Origin: a bacterium
GTDB lineage: Bacteria; UBP15; UBA6099; JAJRTR01
Length of the DNA stretch: 41,290 nt
Direction: 5' to 3'
Assembly (NCBI GenBank): GCA_024278215.1
Contig: JAJRTR010000164.1
Location: 1-41,290, forward strand
Every line of letters starts with the position of its first letter. The stretch's first letter is position 1. The position numbers and the translations under genes were made by a program. A model generated the notes under the pieces. That model ran no database searches and was not told the origin of the DNA. It saw nothing but the letters and a program-made list of their open reading frames with translations. This document shows, one piece after another, positions 18,176-27,654 of this stretch.

Positions 18176-20491
18176 ATGAAACGAATCGTTTTATACATTA
18201 TTGCAGTACTTGTATTCCTGTGCGGAATTTCCGATGCACAAACAAAAGACATCACCGAACCCGCGTCCCACGCACTGGCTACGGATTCCGCCGTGTACAT
18301 GTTCGTTAATGTATTGCCGATGGACGGAGTGGCGGGCTTCATGGTGTACCGCGCAGACGAACCCATCGCCGCACTCAACCGCGAGCACGGCGCCTTCTCT
18401 GAAAAATCATCTTCAGACCTGAAAACCGGTCTGGATTCCGCGCACCGCCAGATCCTCGACAAAATACTCGAGGGCAAAACCCTGGACGAACTGCAAAAGG
18501 AAATCGAAGAACTCGAGAAAACTGACCCACAGGCTGCCGAAAAACGCAAACAGGAAATAAAGGCCGCTATCGAACAGAATATCAGGGATTACGAAACCGC
18601 TTCCGAAAAACTGCAACACGACAGCAAGAACGCACTGGACCAGCACCATGAGGATTATAAGAATAAGGTGGAAAACGCCATCGAGAACGGTCCGGCCCCG
18701 GAGGACTTCAAACTGCTCACGGACACACCCGTGACACCCTTCACCGACGATCAGAAAATCATGGACGAACTCAACCTCGTCGACCTCGATTCACTTAAGG
18801 CGATGGGGCTGCAGTCCGCTTCGGAACTGGTGACGAAATATGACGAACACAAGGGCAATATCAACCTGCTCCTCCTGCACTCCCTGCCTGTAAACAGAAT
18901 CATGGGCCGCGTATACGAAGACACCACCGTGACGCCCGGCAACGGGTACGTTTACCGCGTGGACCTTGTAGATGATAAAGGCAATGTGGTGCGCAGCCTG
19001 CCCCCGATCACCGTCATCGCACAACCCAATCCACCGGCCACTCCTACAGGGTTCATAGCCGAGGCGAAATCGGATCATGTCGAACTGCGCTGGGACAAAC
19101 CCTCTAACATTCCTACCGGCTGGATCATTCTGCGCTCGGATTCTTCCCGCGATGCAGAGTTCACAAAGATCAATCCCGGCGTTATTTCAAGCATCGGTAA
19201 GTCCATATTCAAAGATTATTCGGTCAAACCCGGCATGAAACTCAGTTACAAACTTTTCGCCGTGGACACTGTGGGCAACCGTAGCATACCCGCGGAATCA
19301 CCGTCTTTCACCTTCGTGGACATCGTTCCACCGGCTCCACCCACAGGCGTAAAAGCCGTTTTGAAAAACGGTCGCATCTCCCTGACCTGGCCCCGAAGCA
19401 GGGAAACAGACCTGGCCGGCTACAATGTCTACCGCAGTAATACTCCGGATGGAGACTTCAAGTTGCTCACCGACACATCGCTGGCCGCAGACGCCGTCGA
19501 ACACATATCGGATGTGAATGTACCCGGCACTGTCCATTACTATCGCATAACCGCTCTGGACACTACAGGCAACGAAAGTGCGCCTTCACATTTAGCATGG
19601 GTCGTACCCCCGGACACTCTGGGGCCGGATTCCATCTCCGATCTCTCGGTGGAACAATCGGGGCCGGACTCCGTGACTCTGACATGGACCTGCAACGAAC
19701 CGAAGGACATGCACGGGTATCACATTTATCGCGGCTACTCGAAGGACAGCCTGAAAAAGATACACACATCCGTCATCCCCAAAGGAACATATTCCTATGA
19801 GGACAGCAACCTGCGTCCGGGCGAAACTTACTACTATGCGGTCGCGGGTGTCGACATCAATATGAACGAAGGCGCTCTTTCCGGTATCGTCGAGGTCGTC
19901 GCTCCCGACAGTGAAGCCCCCCTGCATCCCGCCAACATCGCCGCCGCGCCCGGCGACGGGATGGTCACGTTGTCGTGGCCCGCGAACCACGAACCGGATG
20001 TGGCCGCATACCACCTGTATCGCTCAAACGGGGAAAACAGCCCCTTTTCCAGAATCTTTATTTCCGACGCTGCAACTACGCAATATGTGGACAAAGATGT
20101 GGAGAACGGACTGGAATATATGTACTTCATCAAGGCCGTGGACAGTGCGGGCAACGAAAGCGCACAATCGCATACGGCATACGCAACCCCGCGTGACACC
20201 GCGGCACCGGCAGCCCCACGAGACACGAACGTCGAGGTGTCTGCCGCAGGCGTCACAATCTCATGGAAAGCGCCGAATGAACACGACATCGTGGGATACC
20301 TTGTGCTGCGCGCACAAGCGGAAACCGCCGTATATGAAACCATTACCGATCAGCCCGTAACCAACAACAGCTACACCGACACAACCGCCGCGGGAGAATG
20401 CTGGTACAAGATAGTAGCCGTTGATACATCGGGAAACAGAAGCCCGCGAAGCAACGCCGCGGGACCGGTCATACTCAGGGCCGGTAAGTAA
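18176..20491 (+). CDS. Secreted fibronectin type III repeat protein with an N-terminal helical insert
   Basis: Signal peptide. Repeats P.PP..V....V.L.W....E.D..GY.(V/I)YR...Y.D.....Y.Y...AVD..GNES. A charged helical stretch (ELQKEIEELEK...KRKQEIKAAIEQ) interrupts the first domain. GGAGG RBS. Confidence 0.9.
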   Translation: MKRIVLYIIAVLVFLCGISDAQTKDITEPASHALATDSAVYMFVNVLPMDGVAGFMVYRADEPIAALNREHGAFSEKSSSDLKTGLDSAHRQILDKILEGKTLDELQKEIEELEKTDPQAAEKRKQEIKAAIEQNIRDYETASEKLQHDSKNALDQHHEDYKNKVENAIENGPAPEDFKLLTDTPVTPFTDDQKIMDELNLVDLDSLKAMGLQSASELVTKYDEHKGNINLLLLHSLPVNRIMGRVYEDTTVTPGNGYVYRVDLVDDKGNVVRSLPPITVIAQPNPPATPTGFIAEAKSDHVELRWDKPSNIPTGWIILRSDSSRDAEFTKINPGVISSIGKSIFKDYSVKPGMKLSYKLFAVDTVGNRSIPAESPSFTFVDIVPPAPPTGVKAVLKNGRISLTWPRSRETDLAGYNVYRSNTPDGDFKLLTDTSLAADAVEHISDVNVPGTVHYYRITALDTTGNESAPSHLAWVVPPDTLGPDSISDLSVEQSGPDSVTLTWTCNEPKDMHGYHIYRGYSKDSLKKIHTSVIPKGTYSYEDSNLRPGETYYYAVAGVDINMNEGALSGIVEVVAPDSEAPLHPANIAAAPGDGMVTLSWPANHEPDVAAYHLYRSNGENSPFSRIFISDAATTQYVDKDVENGLEYMYFIKAVDSAGNESAQSHTAYATPRDTAAPAAPRDTNVEVSAAGVTISWKAPNEHDIVGYLVLRAQAETAVYETITDQPVTNNSYTDTTAAGECWYKIVAVDTSGNRSPRSNAAGPVILRAGK

Positions 20492-20517
20492 ATGAAATAT
20501 GTTAAAGGATATATCTT

Positions 20518-22539
20518 ATGAGCAAAGCTGTTTTCAAATACTTGTTGCCGTTCGCACTTGCCGTGGCACTCTTCAGCAACCCCGCCCATGCACTCAAGTT
20601 TCACCTGAGCGAACCTTCCAGTCACCCGGATAAAATCGATGTAACCACAAATCCGCCCGTCACTTCCGGGACAACAGCGGGCGTGAACCCGGCCAACGTA
20701 GGAGCCGCAGGCTCCGTACCGGCAAGCGACACCGGCACAGGCAACACTACCGCGCCAAGGGGCCGCGCACTCGGCGACGGCAAATACAACGGAATCTTTT
20801 CCGCATGGCAGCCCCTCGACAACACGCTGCCACTCAAATCCGCCCAAATCGAGCTCGGTGTCATCTCGCACAGACAGCACCGACAGATGCGCAACATTCT
20901 GTCACGCAGCGTTTTCACCGGCAACTATTATCTCGAAGGCGTCGAGTCAAATACGATTATCGACAAGCTCGGCTGGAAAACGCAACTGCACCGTCAGCTT
21001 AAAGGGAAACCCGTCACAAACTCACTGATTTCAATAAACGGTGAACAGAGCGGACTTACATTCAAATACGACGAAAAGGAAAAACTCACCAGTCTGGCCG
21101 CACCGAAAACCGGGGGAAACCACACGCGCAACCGCACGCTCTCCGTCGACTACAAACACTCAGACGCTCTCACTTTCAAACTCAAAAGCGACTCCCGGCT
21201 TCATCACACCATGGGCGGCACCCCCACAAATACCACCTCGGAAAAGTACGACTGGAGCGCGGGATACCTGTTCGCCGAAAACTCGCAGCTGCTATTGACA
21301 CACACCGACAACACAAGCCGCAACCGCATAAACAATAAAACTTCGCGCAACATCGGCACAGGCGTCACTCTGACCATGCCGCTGGCAGGCATTTTCGGGG
21401 TGCGCCTGGGCTATAAACACAACGACAACTTTCTAAACTCCAGCGGCACGGGCACCAGCCACAACTCACGCACCGCCTCCCTTGCCGTCATCTGCCAACT
21501 GCAAGAAGATTCGCAACTCACCTGGACCATCAGTCACTCCAACCTGAAAAGCATGTCCGGCACGTCCACCCTGGACTACGATGTCGCAGGTCAGGAAATC
21601 AATCTGCATTACGTCTTATCCAAAGCCCTGACACTAAATACAAAAAATATTCTCAAAGACGACGACGCAAACGGCAAATACACTCACAATCAGGCCGTGC
21701 TCGTTCTGGACCACTCGCATTTCCGCATTCTACCGGGGAAAACCACATTCACCACGAAAAAAACCATCAACCGCGCAGGCAGCGGCGCTCACAAGACAGT
21801 GGCCGAAAACAACACGATCAACCTGCCTCTTTCCTACCTCAACGGACGACTCAAGGCCAGGGCTCAACTCAACTTCAGCCGCAACAGCAGACTCAGCGCG
21901 GTCTCCAGCAACGATACATCGGCCAATAACCACAACTACAGGGTCACTTACAACATCCTGCGAAACCTGAAAGCTAAACTGGAAGCAAAAAGCATGGAAC
22001 AGACCGCATTCTCCGGTGACGGGCTTGCCTCGATGAAATCCAACAACGTCTATTCCGAAAAACTTTCCTACGAACTCAAAACGCCACTCGCAGGCATACC
22101 AGCCGTCACAGCCTTCAAATACGACCTCAAAACCAGCAGGTCGCGCAACAGAACCTTTGCCCCACGCAACGCTTTCAGCATCTCCAAAATAACATCGAAT
22201 ATCGGCACATTATCATTCGCCGACGGCAACTACTCCGGCTCCTACCAGTTCGAACACTCGAACTCGCGCCAACCCCACGGCATTGCTTTCCGCGCACTGA
22301 AACACAGACTTAAAATCAACATCGCCGATTTCGTCGGCTTCAAACTCACCTCGGATTACACGGCTGTGTTCCAGACAAAAGGCTTTTCCAACAACGGTAT
22401 TCTCAAACTATCCCAGGTGCTGGACAACAACAATGTCTTCTCCCTCGCCTGGGAGTTCAGTCGCAACCAGGACAAAAACAACTTAACGGGAAACAGGAAA
22501 AGCGAGTATCTGGAAGCCACGATGGAATTGAACTTCTGA
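20518..22539 (+). CDS. Putative large outer-membrane beta-barrel protein
   Basis: Signal peptide (PAHA/LK) and a Pro/Thr/Gly linker. Many alternating amphipathic strands with N/S/T-rich loops (LSVDYK, WSAGYLF, VRLGYKH, INLHYVL, YRVTYNI, FSLAWEF). C-terminal EYLEATMELNF resembles a BAM beta-signal. Confidence 0.75.
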   Translation: MSKAVFKYLLPFALAVALFSNPAHALKFHLSEPSSHPDKIDVTTNPPVTSGTTAGVNPANVGAAGSVPASDTGTGNTTAPRGRALGDGKYNGIFSAWQPLDNTLPLKSAQIELGVISHRQHRQMRNILSRSVFTGNYYLEGVESNTIIDKLGWKTQLHRQLKGKPVTNSLISINGEQSGLTFKYDEKEKLTSLAAPKTGGNHTRNRTLSVDYKHSDALTFKLKSDSRLHHTMGGTPTNTTSEKYDWSAGYLFAENSQLLLTHTDNTSRNRINNKTSRNIGTGVTLTMPLAGIFGVRLGYKHNDNFLNSSGTGTSHNSRTASLAVICQLQEDSQLTWTISHSNLKSMSGTSTLDYDVAGQEINLHYVLSKALTLNTKNILKDDDANGKYTHNQAVLVLDHSHFRILPGKTTFTTKKTINRAGSGAHKTVAENNTINLPLSYLNGRLKARAQLNFSRNSRLSAVSSNDTSANNHNYRVTYNILRNLKAKLEAKSMEQTAFSGDGLASMKSNNVYSEKLSYELKTPLAGIPAVTAFKYDLKTSRSRNRTFAPRNAFSISKITSNIGTLSFADGNYSGSYQFEHSNSRQPHGIAFRALKHRLKINIADFVGFKLTSDYTAVFQTKGFSNNGILKLSQVLDNNNVFSLAWEFSRNQDKNNLTGNRKSEYLEATMELNF

Positions 22540-22570
22540 CACGTACCTGTCTGAATCTCAAGAGGGATAT

Positions 22571-22602
22571 ATTCCCCGCCGCTTGCAGCGGGGTAGTTCA
22601 TT
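22571..22602 (-). repeat. REP/IS200-IS605-end-like palindrome, copy 1
   Basis: Minus strand AATGAACTACCCCGCTGCAAGCGGCGGGGAAT forms a hairpin. A related copy lies at 24179-24212 and a degenerate one at about 22608-22635. Confidence 0.65.
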
Positions 22603-22935
22603 ACATGTCATAGTCCCCGGGCCGGACAGTTCATTATAAAGTGGCTGGGAGAAAACCCCCGAAAAACGCGATTGCTCATAGGCAGCGGGATGAGCGACCA
22701 GCCTGGGTTCGGGGTGAAGATGGAATCCGCTCTGTTTTCATGCTCTTTTCTCGACTGCGCCGTGATGAGATATGCCGGCGCATTCCGCGTTGTTTTTCTA
22801 TTCAATTTTTAAAACATCTATAATCGGCAGGCGCTTTTGATCTTGTTCTTTTTCCGCGTCTCGTTGTATTTCCTGATGCGCCGCCTGCGTTTGTTTTCTT
22901 TTTTGAAGAATAGCGAGCCGAGTGTGTGAGTAATG

Positions 22936-22971
22936 TATCCTTCTGTCTGCGCGACCAGGGGCTCGTGCTCC
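22936..22971 (+). repeat. 36-bp direct repeat, right copy
   Basis: TATCCTTCTGTCTGCGCGACCAGGGGCTCGTGCTCC has one mismatch to 11760-11795. Confidence 0.9.
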
Positions 22972-23083
22972 TGTCAACAGGTAGCAAATTGCCGACGTAA
23001 ACAAAACTATTCCGAGCCAATAAACTATTCTCAAATTTTATAATACACGTACTGCCCCTTACACTTCCGCTATGTGCATAATT

Positions 23084-23127
23084 CTAGGTCTGACACCAAT
23101 ACATGCTAGGTCTGACACCAATACATG
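23084..23127 (+). repeat. Perfect 22-bp tandem duplication
   Basis: CTAGGTCTGACACCAATACATG x2, followed by degenerate TGACCCGCCAAT and CTGACCCCAAT units up to about 23151. Confidence 0.9.
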
Positions 23128-23224
23128 ACCCGCCAATCCCCTGACCCCAATCCCCCCCCAAGTAAATCTCCACCTTCTCTTCTGCCTTCACCCCTGTGAA
23201 CGGGTACGATAAAAGATAGCCATT

Positions 23225-23857
23225 TTATCTAATTGCATCAGCTTTATTTTGCTTTTTAATTTTAAGATATAATCTTCTCAGATACTCTTCAGAAAAGTAA
23301 GGTAATTCTTTGACTTTAATTACGCAAATATCCTCAGGATTCTTACCATGTAAGCAAAAAACAAAATTAAGAAAGAGATTCGTTTTTTTTGAATCAGAGA
23401 AAGTATAGTTTATCTTATAAGCATCATTGTATAGAGAGAAATCTATATCCTCACCAAAGTATTCTTTCAACTCTTTCACAAAATTATGCCAATAAACCGC
23501 ATTTTCCACAACTTCCCATTGAACACCATTAATTGTTTTAAATGGAGGAGTTACACCATATTCCTTATAAATTACAAATTTTTTCTTTTGAAGTTTTTTC
23601 TTAAACACACGTAATTCTTCCTTTGTCGGCATATAGCTGGTAAAATAATCCTTGCATATTATTAGTTGGCCATTTCTAATTTCAGTCGCGAAATTAACAT
23701 CTTTGACATTTTTAACAACATAAGGTACTTCCTTAATTATTTCAAAATTAGCGTCATTTTTATTCCCAATCGCAACATATGATTTATTATTACATGACAT
23801 TGTAGAAATAATAATAAAAACAAGCATGACATTAATCATATTTATGTTAAATTTCAC
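23225..23857 (-). CDS. AT-rich putative lipoprotein of unknown function (immunity-protein-like context)
   Basis: AGGAGG RBS 7 nt before GTG at 23857. Hydrophobic leader ends in ISTMS-C (lipobox-like). Much more AT-rich than the neighbouring genes. Confidence 0.7.
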   Translation of the reverse strand: MKFNINMINVMLVFIIISTMSCNNKSYVAIGNKNDANFEIIKEVPYVVKNVKDVNFATEIRNGQLIICKDYFTSYMPTKEELRVFKKKLQKKKFVIYKEYGVTPPFKTINGVQWEVVENAVYWHNFVKELKEYFGEDIDFSLYNDAYKINYTFSDSKKTNLFLNFVFCLHGKNPEDICVIKVKELPYFSEEYLRRLYLKIKKQNKADAIR

Positions 23858-23918
23858 AAACAAGCCTCCTATTCATGTTTTTAAATTACATAAAGAAGTT
23901 GTAAATATCATGGCTCGA

Positions 23919-24068
23919 TCAAAAATCAAATGCTCCATCCGGATGAAACCCTGTTGGCCAATTTGCAACATCGTTTCCACATTCTGGTTGTCCATAATAC
24001 TTATCTTTGAAATTATTATTATAATCTTCTACACATGCAGATCTACAGTCTAATCCATTATTGTGAGA
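23919..24068 (-). pseudogene. Orphan C-terminal gene fragment upstream of the lipoprotein
   Basis: Start-less AT-rich frame SHNNGLDCRSACVEDYNNNFKDKYYGQPECGNDVANWPTGFHPDGAFDF*, ending about 60 nt before the lipoprotein start. Confidence 0.4.
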
Positions 24069-24178
24069 AAAAACAAGATGGTCAGGAATCGCATGAGAGA
24101 AGCGCTCTTTTTGCGCTTCTCGACGAAAAGTTTTGAAAGAGTGTGAAAAACTTCTTAAGAAGTTTTCTCACATATATT

Positions 24179-24212
24179 GATGCCCCGTCCGCTTGCTCCG
24201 GGGAGCTTCATT
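24179..24212 (-). repeat. REP/IS200-IS605-end-like palindrome, copy 2
   Basis: Minus strand AATGAAGCTCCCCGGAGCAAGCGGACGGGGCATC has the same architecture and orientation as 22571-22602. Confidence 0.6.
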
Positions 24213-24226
24213 TGTGACAAACATGG

Positions 24227-25045
24227 TTATTCTACATCGTACATCTGTTTCATGTAGTGGAGTTCGGTGATGTTGGAGATTTGTATCATGCGGTCCATTT
24301 TGTCTGGAGAGAACTGATAGTAGGTCTCGCGGACGCGGTCGATGACGCCCATGCCGAACGAGATAGCGCCGATGTCGTCTGTGTGCTGTGGGGGCCGTCC
24401 GAGCTTCTGAAGTTTGTCGTCCTTATCAATCAAGGCCTGGCGAACATCGTGTAATATCTCGCGCGTCGAGTCCACAAGATGCTTGTTTTCTCCGGCTTTC
24501 ATTACTGTGTGCGCGAATCCGATCATGCGTCGTCCTTCAGTCTGTGAAACTGTAATATAGGCCTGTCGATAGTCCTCGAAATTGACAACGAGCGTGTCGT
24601 CGATTTTTGTGTCCCGTGATTCATAGGTTTTCATGAGTCCCGCGACAAGTTTATTCTCGAGCCTTTTCGATAGTGTATAAGCGACAATTGTGCTGAGTCC
24701 TATTTTCATTGCAGACGGGAAGATTGATACGTGCTTCATCATTATTCGCGGGATGGAGGGGATAATAAAGGCGAGTTTATGCGGACGCTTCAGCATTTTT
24801 ATCATCGACTCGAAGCTCTTATCCAGTTCGCCGCGATCTTCCACCTTAGGATAAACATTGCTCGTGAAAAGGTCTTCCATTTCGTCGATGTCGTCCTGTG
24901 AAATATCATCGAGCAGATTGTTATCCCTGATTTCAGCTATCGCCTCGAGGTATTCTATTCTATAGCGCTTATGGATTTCGGCATGAAGAAACTCGACTGC
25001 CTTTTTCCTTAATATTGCTTGTTCCCTGCTTTCTACCTGTGCCAA
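24227..25045 (-). CDS. Hypothetical alpha-helical protein
   Basis: Long ORF. Probable TTG start at 25045 after GAAAGG, although the ORF extends to 25147. LFTSNVYP...R..LD..F loosely recalls FFLEELY-motif proteins (unverified). Confidence 0.7.
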   Translation of the reverse strand: MAQVESREQAILRKKAVEFLHAEIHKRYRIEYLEAIAEIRDNNLLDDISQDDIDEMEDLFTSNVYPKVEDRGELDKSFESMIKMLKRPHKLAFIIPSIPRIMMKHVSIFPSAMKIGLSTIVAYTLSKRLENKLVAGLMKTYESRDTKIDDTLVVNFEDYRQAYITVSQTEGRRMIGFAHTVMKAGENKHLVDSTREILHDVRQALIDKDDKLQKLGRPPQHTDDIGAISFGMGVIDRVRETYYQFSPDKMDRMIQISNITELHYMKQMYDVE

Positions 25046-25391
25046 TATGCAGCCTTTCCGTATTATTGATTCCCTGATGTCAACCGAATCCGAATATACA
25101 ACTGCGCGCATAATAGCTGATGCCGGTTCGAGTGTCAAACACAGCATTCAATGCGAAAGGGCGAGTTGTTACATGATTTGTGTTAAACCCAATACTGTGC
25201 AACCGACTGTAGCGGAGGCAGAATTTTGCAATCGGCTCTGCATACATAGTTGCTGAACGAAACCCCTAAAAGGCCTGTCAATAAAGGAAGAATTCAGGCA
25301 CTTAACTCATCCATTTAACAGCAGGCGAATATAGTACTACAATATTCTACAATCTTTTTAGCGAACCAGTAATGTGGAGGAACAGGAATAT

Positions 25392-26783
25392 ATGAAAACT
25401 GCAAACAGGATATGCATGATTATTTCAGCGGCTATACTGCTCTTATTGCAGGCTGCAACACAAGCGCAGGAGAATGGAATCGGCAGTTTTCAATTCCTCA
25501 GGCAGGCTGGCGATATACCTGTTGAAATTACGGCATCGAGCCCCTCATGGAAGCAGACAATCGACACAGACACAGCGGGGGAAGCATTTATTGTGCTGAC
25601 GATATATTCACCCGACACATCGTGGCGCTCGAAAACAGAAAAAGGTCTTGTGCTCAAAACTTACTCCGATGGCGTGAACTATTCGGATATCGTGGTGTTC
25701 GGCGGCAAAGAAAAACTCGAATACACTGCTTACGTTGGTACTCTCGACGCTGGTGAGCATGAAATAGAGATCACCTTCGACAAAGAGAATTCGCCTGCGC
25801 CGGGCGGCACGGCTATTGTCGCTTCGGCGCAACTAAAAATCGTACCCGACGCACATCCCGAATATGTAGCTTATCAAAACTCGCCGATTCTTTATCTGCT
25901 CGATGGACAGGCCGTAAGCGACATTCCTCTGCTTATCTTCTACAGCATGAGCAACAATAGCGATACGACTATTCTGCACTACACAACAGTCTTCAGCAAC
26001 GAAGACGGCGGCACGGGCATACAGCCGATAATACTTATGGCTCAATGGGGCCGCACGACGGACATCGAGCTGATTTGCCGGGCCGTAATTGATAATTCAA
26101 CAGGCGACGTTCTCGAAATGCGGTATCAGAGCGACGGCCACAGCTTCAGCACATTTTCAGGTCGCAGGGTCAACGGGCACCCCGTGCTCAGAGTTTCCAC
26201 CAGCAACGGCATGTTCGACCAGGCCGGTGAAACCGCTGTAAAACTCGCGCCGATGCCGGTTCCATTCGTCAGCAATGGTCGCCCGCGTCCTTCTATTATG
26301 GACGATTACCCGTGGACATTCCGTATTATGAATGAAGAGATGTTCGCCGAAGACAAGGCGACCACAAAAAAGGGGCCTGTGTCAAAAGCACTGCTAAGCG
26401 ATGCACGTTCATATATTTATGTCGACTTCACCGCATCCAACAACAACGGAAAGCGCACTCTCGAATTTCTTGCCGAAATAAAAGGTAAAAAGAAGCGCTA
26501 CTCGTCGAATCCGCATCCTATGTTTTCTTATGAAAACAACTCCGGAATGCTGGCCAAAAGCGGCACATACAGAACGAATATAAAGATACCACTCGGAGCA
26601 AGGCCCGTGGATGTTACAAAAATCATTGTGCGCGGAACTGGAGAAGTCGACTACAATATTAAAGAAATAAAAACATTCATGCTCGGAAAAGACTATGTGC
26701 CGGAACCATATTTCTTTACCTTCAGGGGCGATGTTCATCTCACCCCGGAAAACAGAGAAGTTGAATTCCATGTTGTGCAATGA
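25392..26783 (+). CDS. Secreted hypothetical protein
   Basis: Signal peptide (AATQA/QE). Conserved-looking core YTTVFSNEDGGT...LMAQWGRTTDIE. No recognised family. Confidence 0.8.
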   Translation: MKTANRICMIISAAILLLLQAATQAQENGIGSFQFLRQAGDIPVEITASSPSWKQTIDTDTAGEAFIVLTIYSPDTSWRSKTEKGLVLKTYSDGVNYSDIVVFGGKEKLEYTAYVGTLDAGEHEIEITFDKENSPAPGGTAIVASAQLKIVPDAHPEYVAYQNSPILYLLDGQAVSDIPLLIFYSMSNNSDTTILHYTTVFSNEDGGTGIQPIILMAQWGRTTDIELICRAVIDNSTGDVLEMRYQSDGHSFSTFSGRRVNGHPVLRVSTSNGMFDQAGETAVKLAPMPVPFVSNGRPRPSIMDDYPWTFRIMNEEMFAEDKATTKKGPVSKALLSDARSYIYVDFTASNNNGKRTLEFLAEIKGKKKRYSSNPHPMFSYENNSGMLAKSGTYRTNIKIPLGARPVDVTKIIVRGTGEVDYNIKEIKTFMLGKDYVPEPYFFTFRGDVHLTPENREVEFHVVQ

Positions 26784-26910
26784 TATTCACACCGGGCTTT
26801 AACTTTTCAGCGTGTTTGTGATATTATTGATTTTGGGTTATGAAGCAAGTGCGGTGCCGACAATAAGGTTGACAGGACACTATCCACCCTGAAAAAAAGA
26901 GGAGTAAGAT

Positions 26911-27654
26911 ATGAAGAAGAGAATAACAATTACAAAAATTATGATAATCGCGCTGCTTTTCCTGCTTCCTGTTGTGTGTGTCGCGCAGGACGAAGAGGAA
27001 GACGACTGCACTGCATATATCGCCGGCATAACAGGCACTGCCGAGTTCCGGGTTAGCGAAGACGATGAATGGGAAGCGGTGGAGCTGGACATGTGCCTGA
27101 TGATAGGCGACATGCTGAGAACGAAGGAGAAGAGCGGCCTGGCGTTGAAATTCGGTGAGGCAGTAGATGTAAAAGTCAACGAGTCGTCAGAGCTGACGAT
27201 AAGTGCAATTGATGAGGATTCCGAAGAACCGAACCAGGTTGACCTTGAAATGGGCGAATTATGGAGCGAACTCGACAAGGAAAAAGAGGAGAACCTCGAA
27301 TTTCAGGTCGGCACGCCATCCGGTGTCGTTGCGGTCAGGGGTACGGAATTCAACGTGGCAGTCGACGAAGAGGGCAAGTCGAAAATCAATGTACTAAAAG
27401 GTGTCGTTAAAGTTTTCAATGACATGGGCGAAGTGTTTGCCAAGGCAGGCATGGCGACGGAATTGCTGGATGGAAAGCTGCCTGTCGAGCCGTTCGAATT
27501 CGATGTCGAAGCTTTCAAAAACAAACTTGATTCGTGGAAAGACCAGATATCGGTCGGCAAGATAAAAGAAGCGATGACACAGAAAATCGAAGAGAAGAAG
27601 GATGAAGTCAAAAAGAACATAAAGAAAAATATCGGCGGCAAATTCAAGTTCTGA
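26911..27654 (+). CDS. Secreted FecR-domain protein
   Basis: Signal peptide, GDMLRT, VKVNESSEL, VGTPSGVVAVRGTEFNV, VLKGVV and a Lys/Glu-rich tail. GAGGAG RBS. Confidence 0.85.
   Translation: MKKRITITKIMIIALLFLLPVVCVAQDEEEDDCTAYIAGITGTAEFRVSEDDEWEAVELDMCLMIGDMLRTKEKSGLALKFGEAVDVKVNESSELTISAIDEDSEEPNQVDLEMGELWSELDKEKEENLEFQVGTPSGVVAVRGTEFNVAVDEEGKSKINVLKGVVKVFNDMGEVFAKAGMATELLDGKLPVEPFEFDVEAFKNKLDSWKDQISVGKIKEAMTQKIEEKKDEVKKNIKKNIGGKFKF

Noticed and set aside
12130-22539. Porin-multiheme cytochrome electron conduit
   Set aside because: I found only one CxxCH in the module, and no multiheme protein is present.
11760-22971. The 36-bp repeats as CRISPR repeats
   Set aside because: There are only two copies, 11 kb apart, with no spacer array and no cas genes.
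22608-23034. Short ORFs of 60-78 aa between the barrel gene and the lipoprotein
   Set aside because: They overlap repeat elements, occur in several frames at once, and lack a convincing RBS or motif.
23084-23151. The 22-bp tandem repeat as a mini CRISPR array or iterons
   Set aside because: The units are directly adjacent with no spacers, and no cas or rep gene is present.
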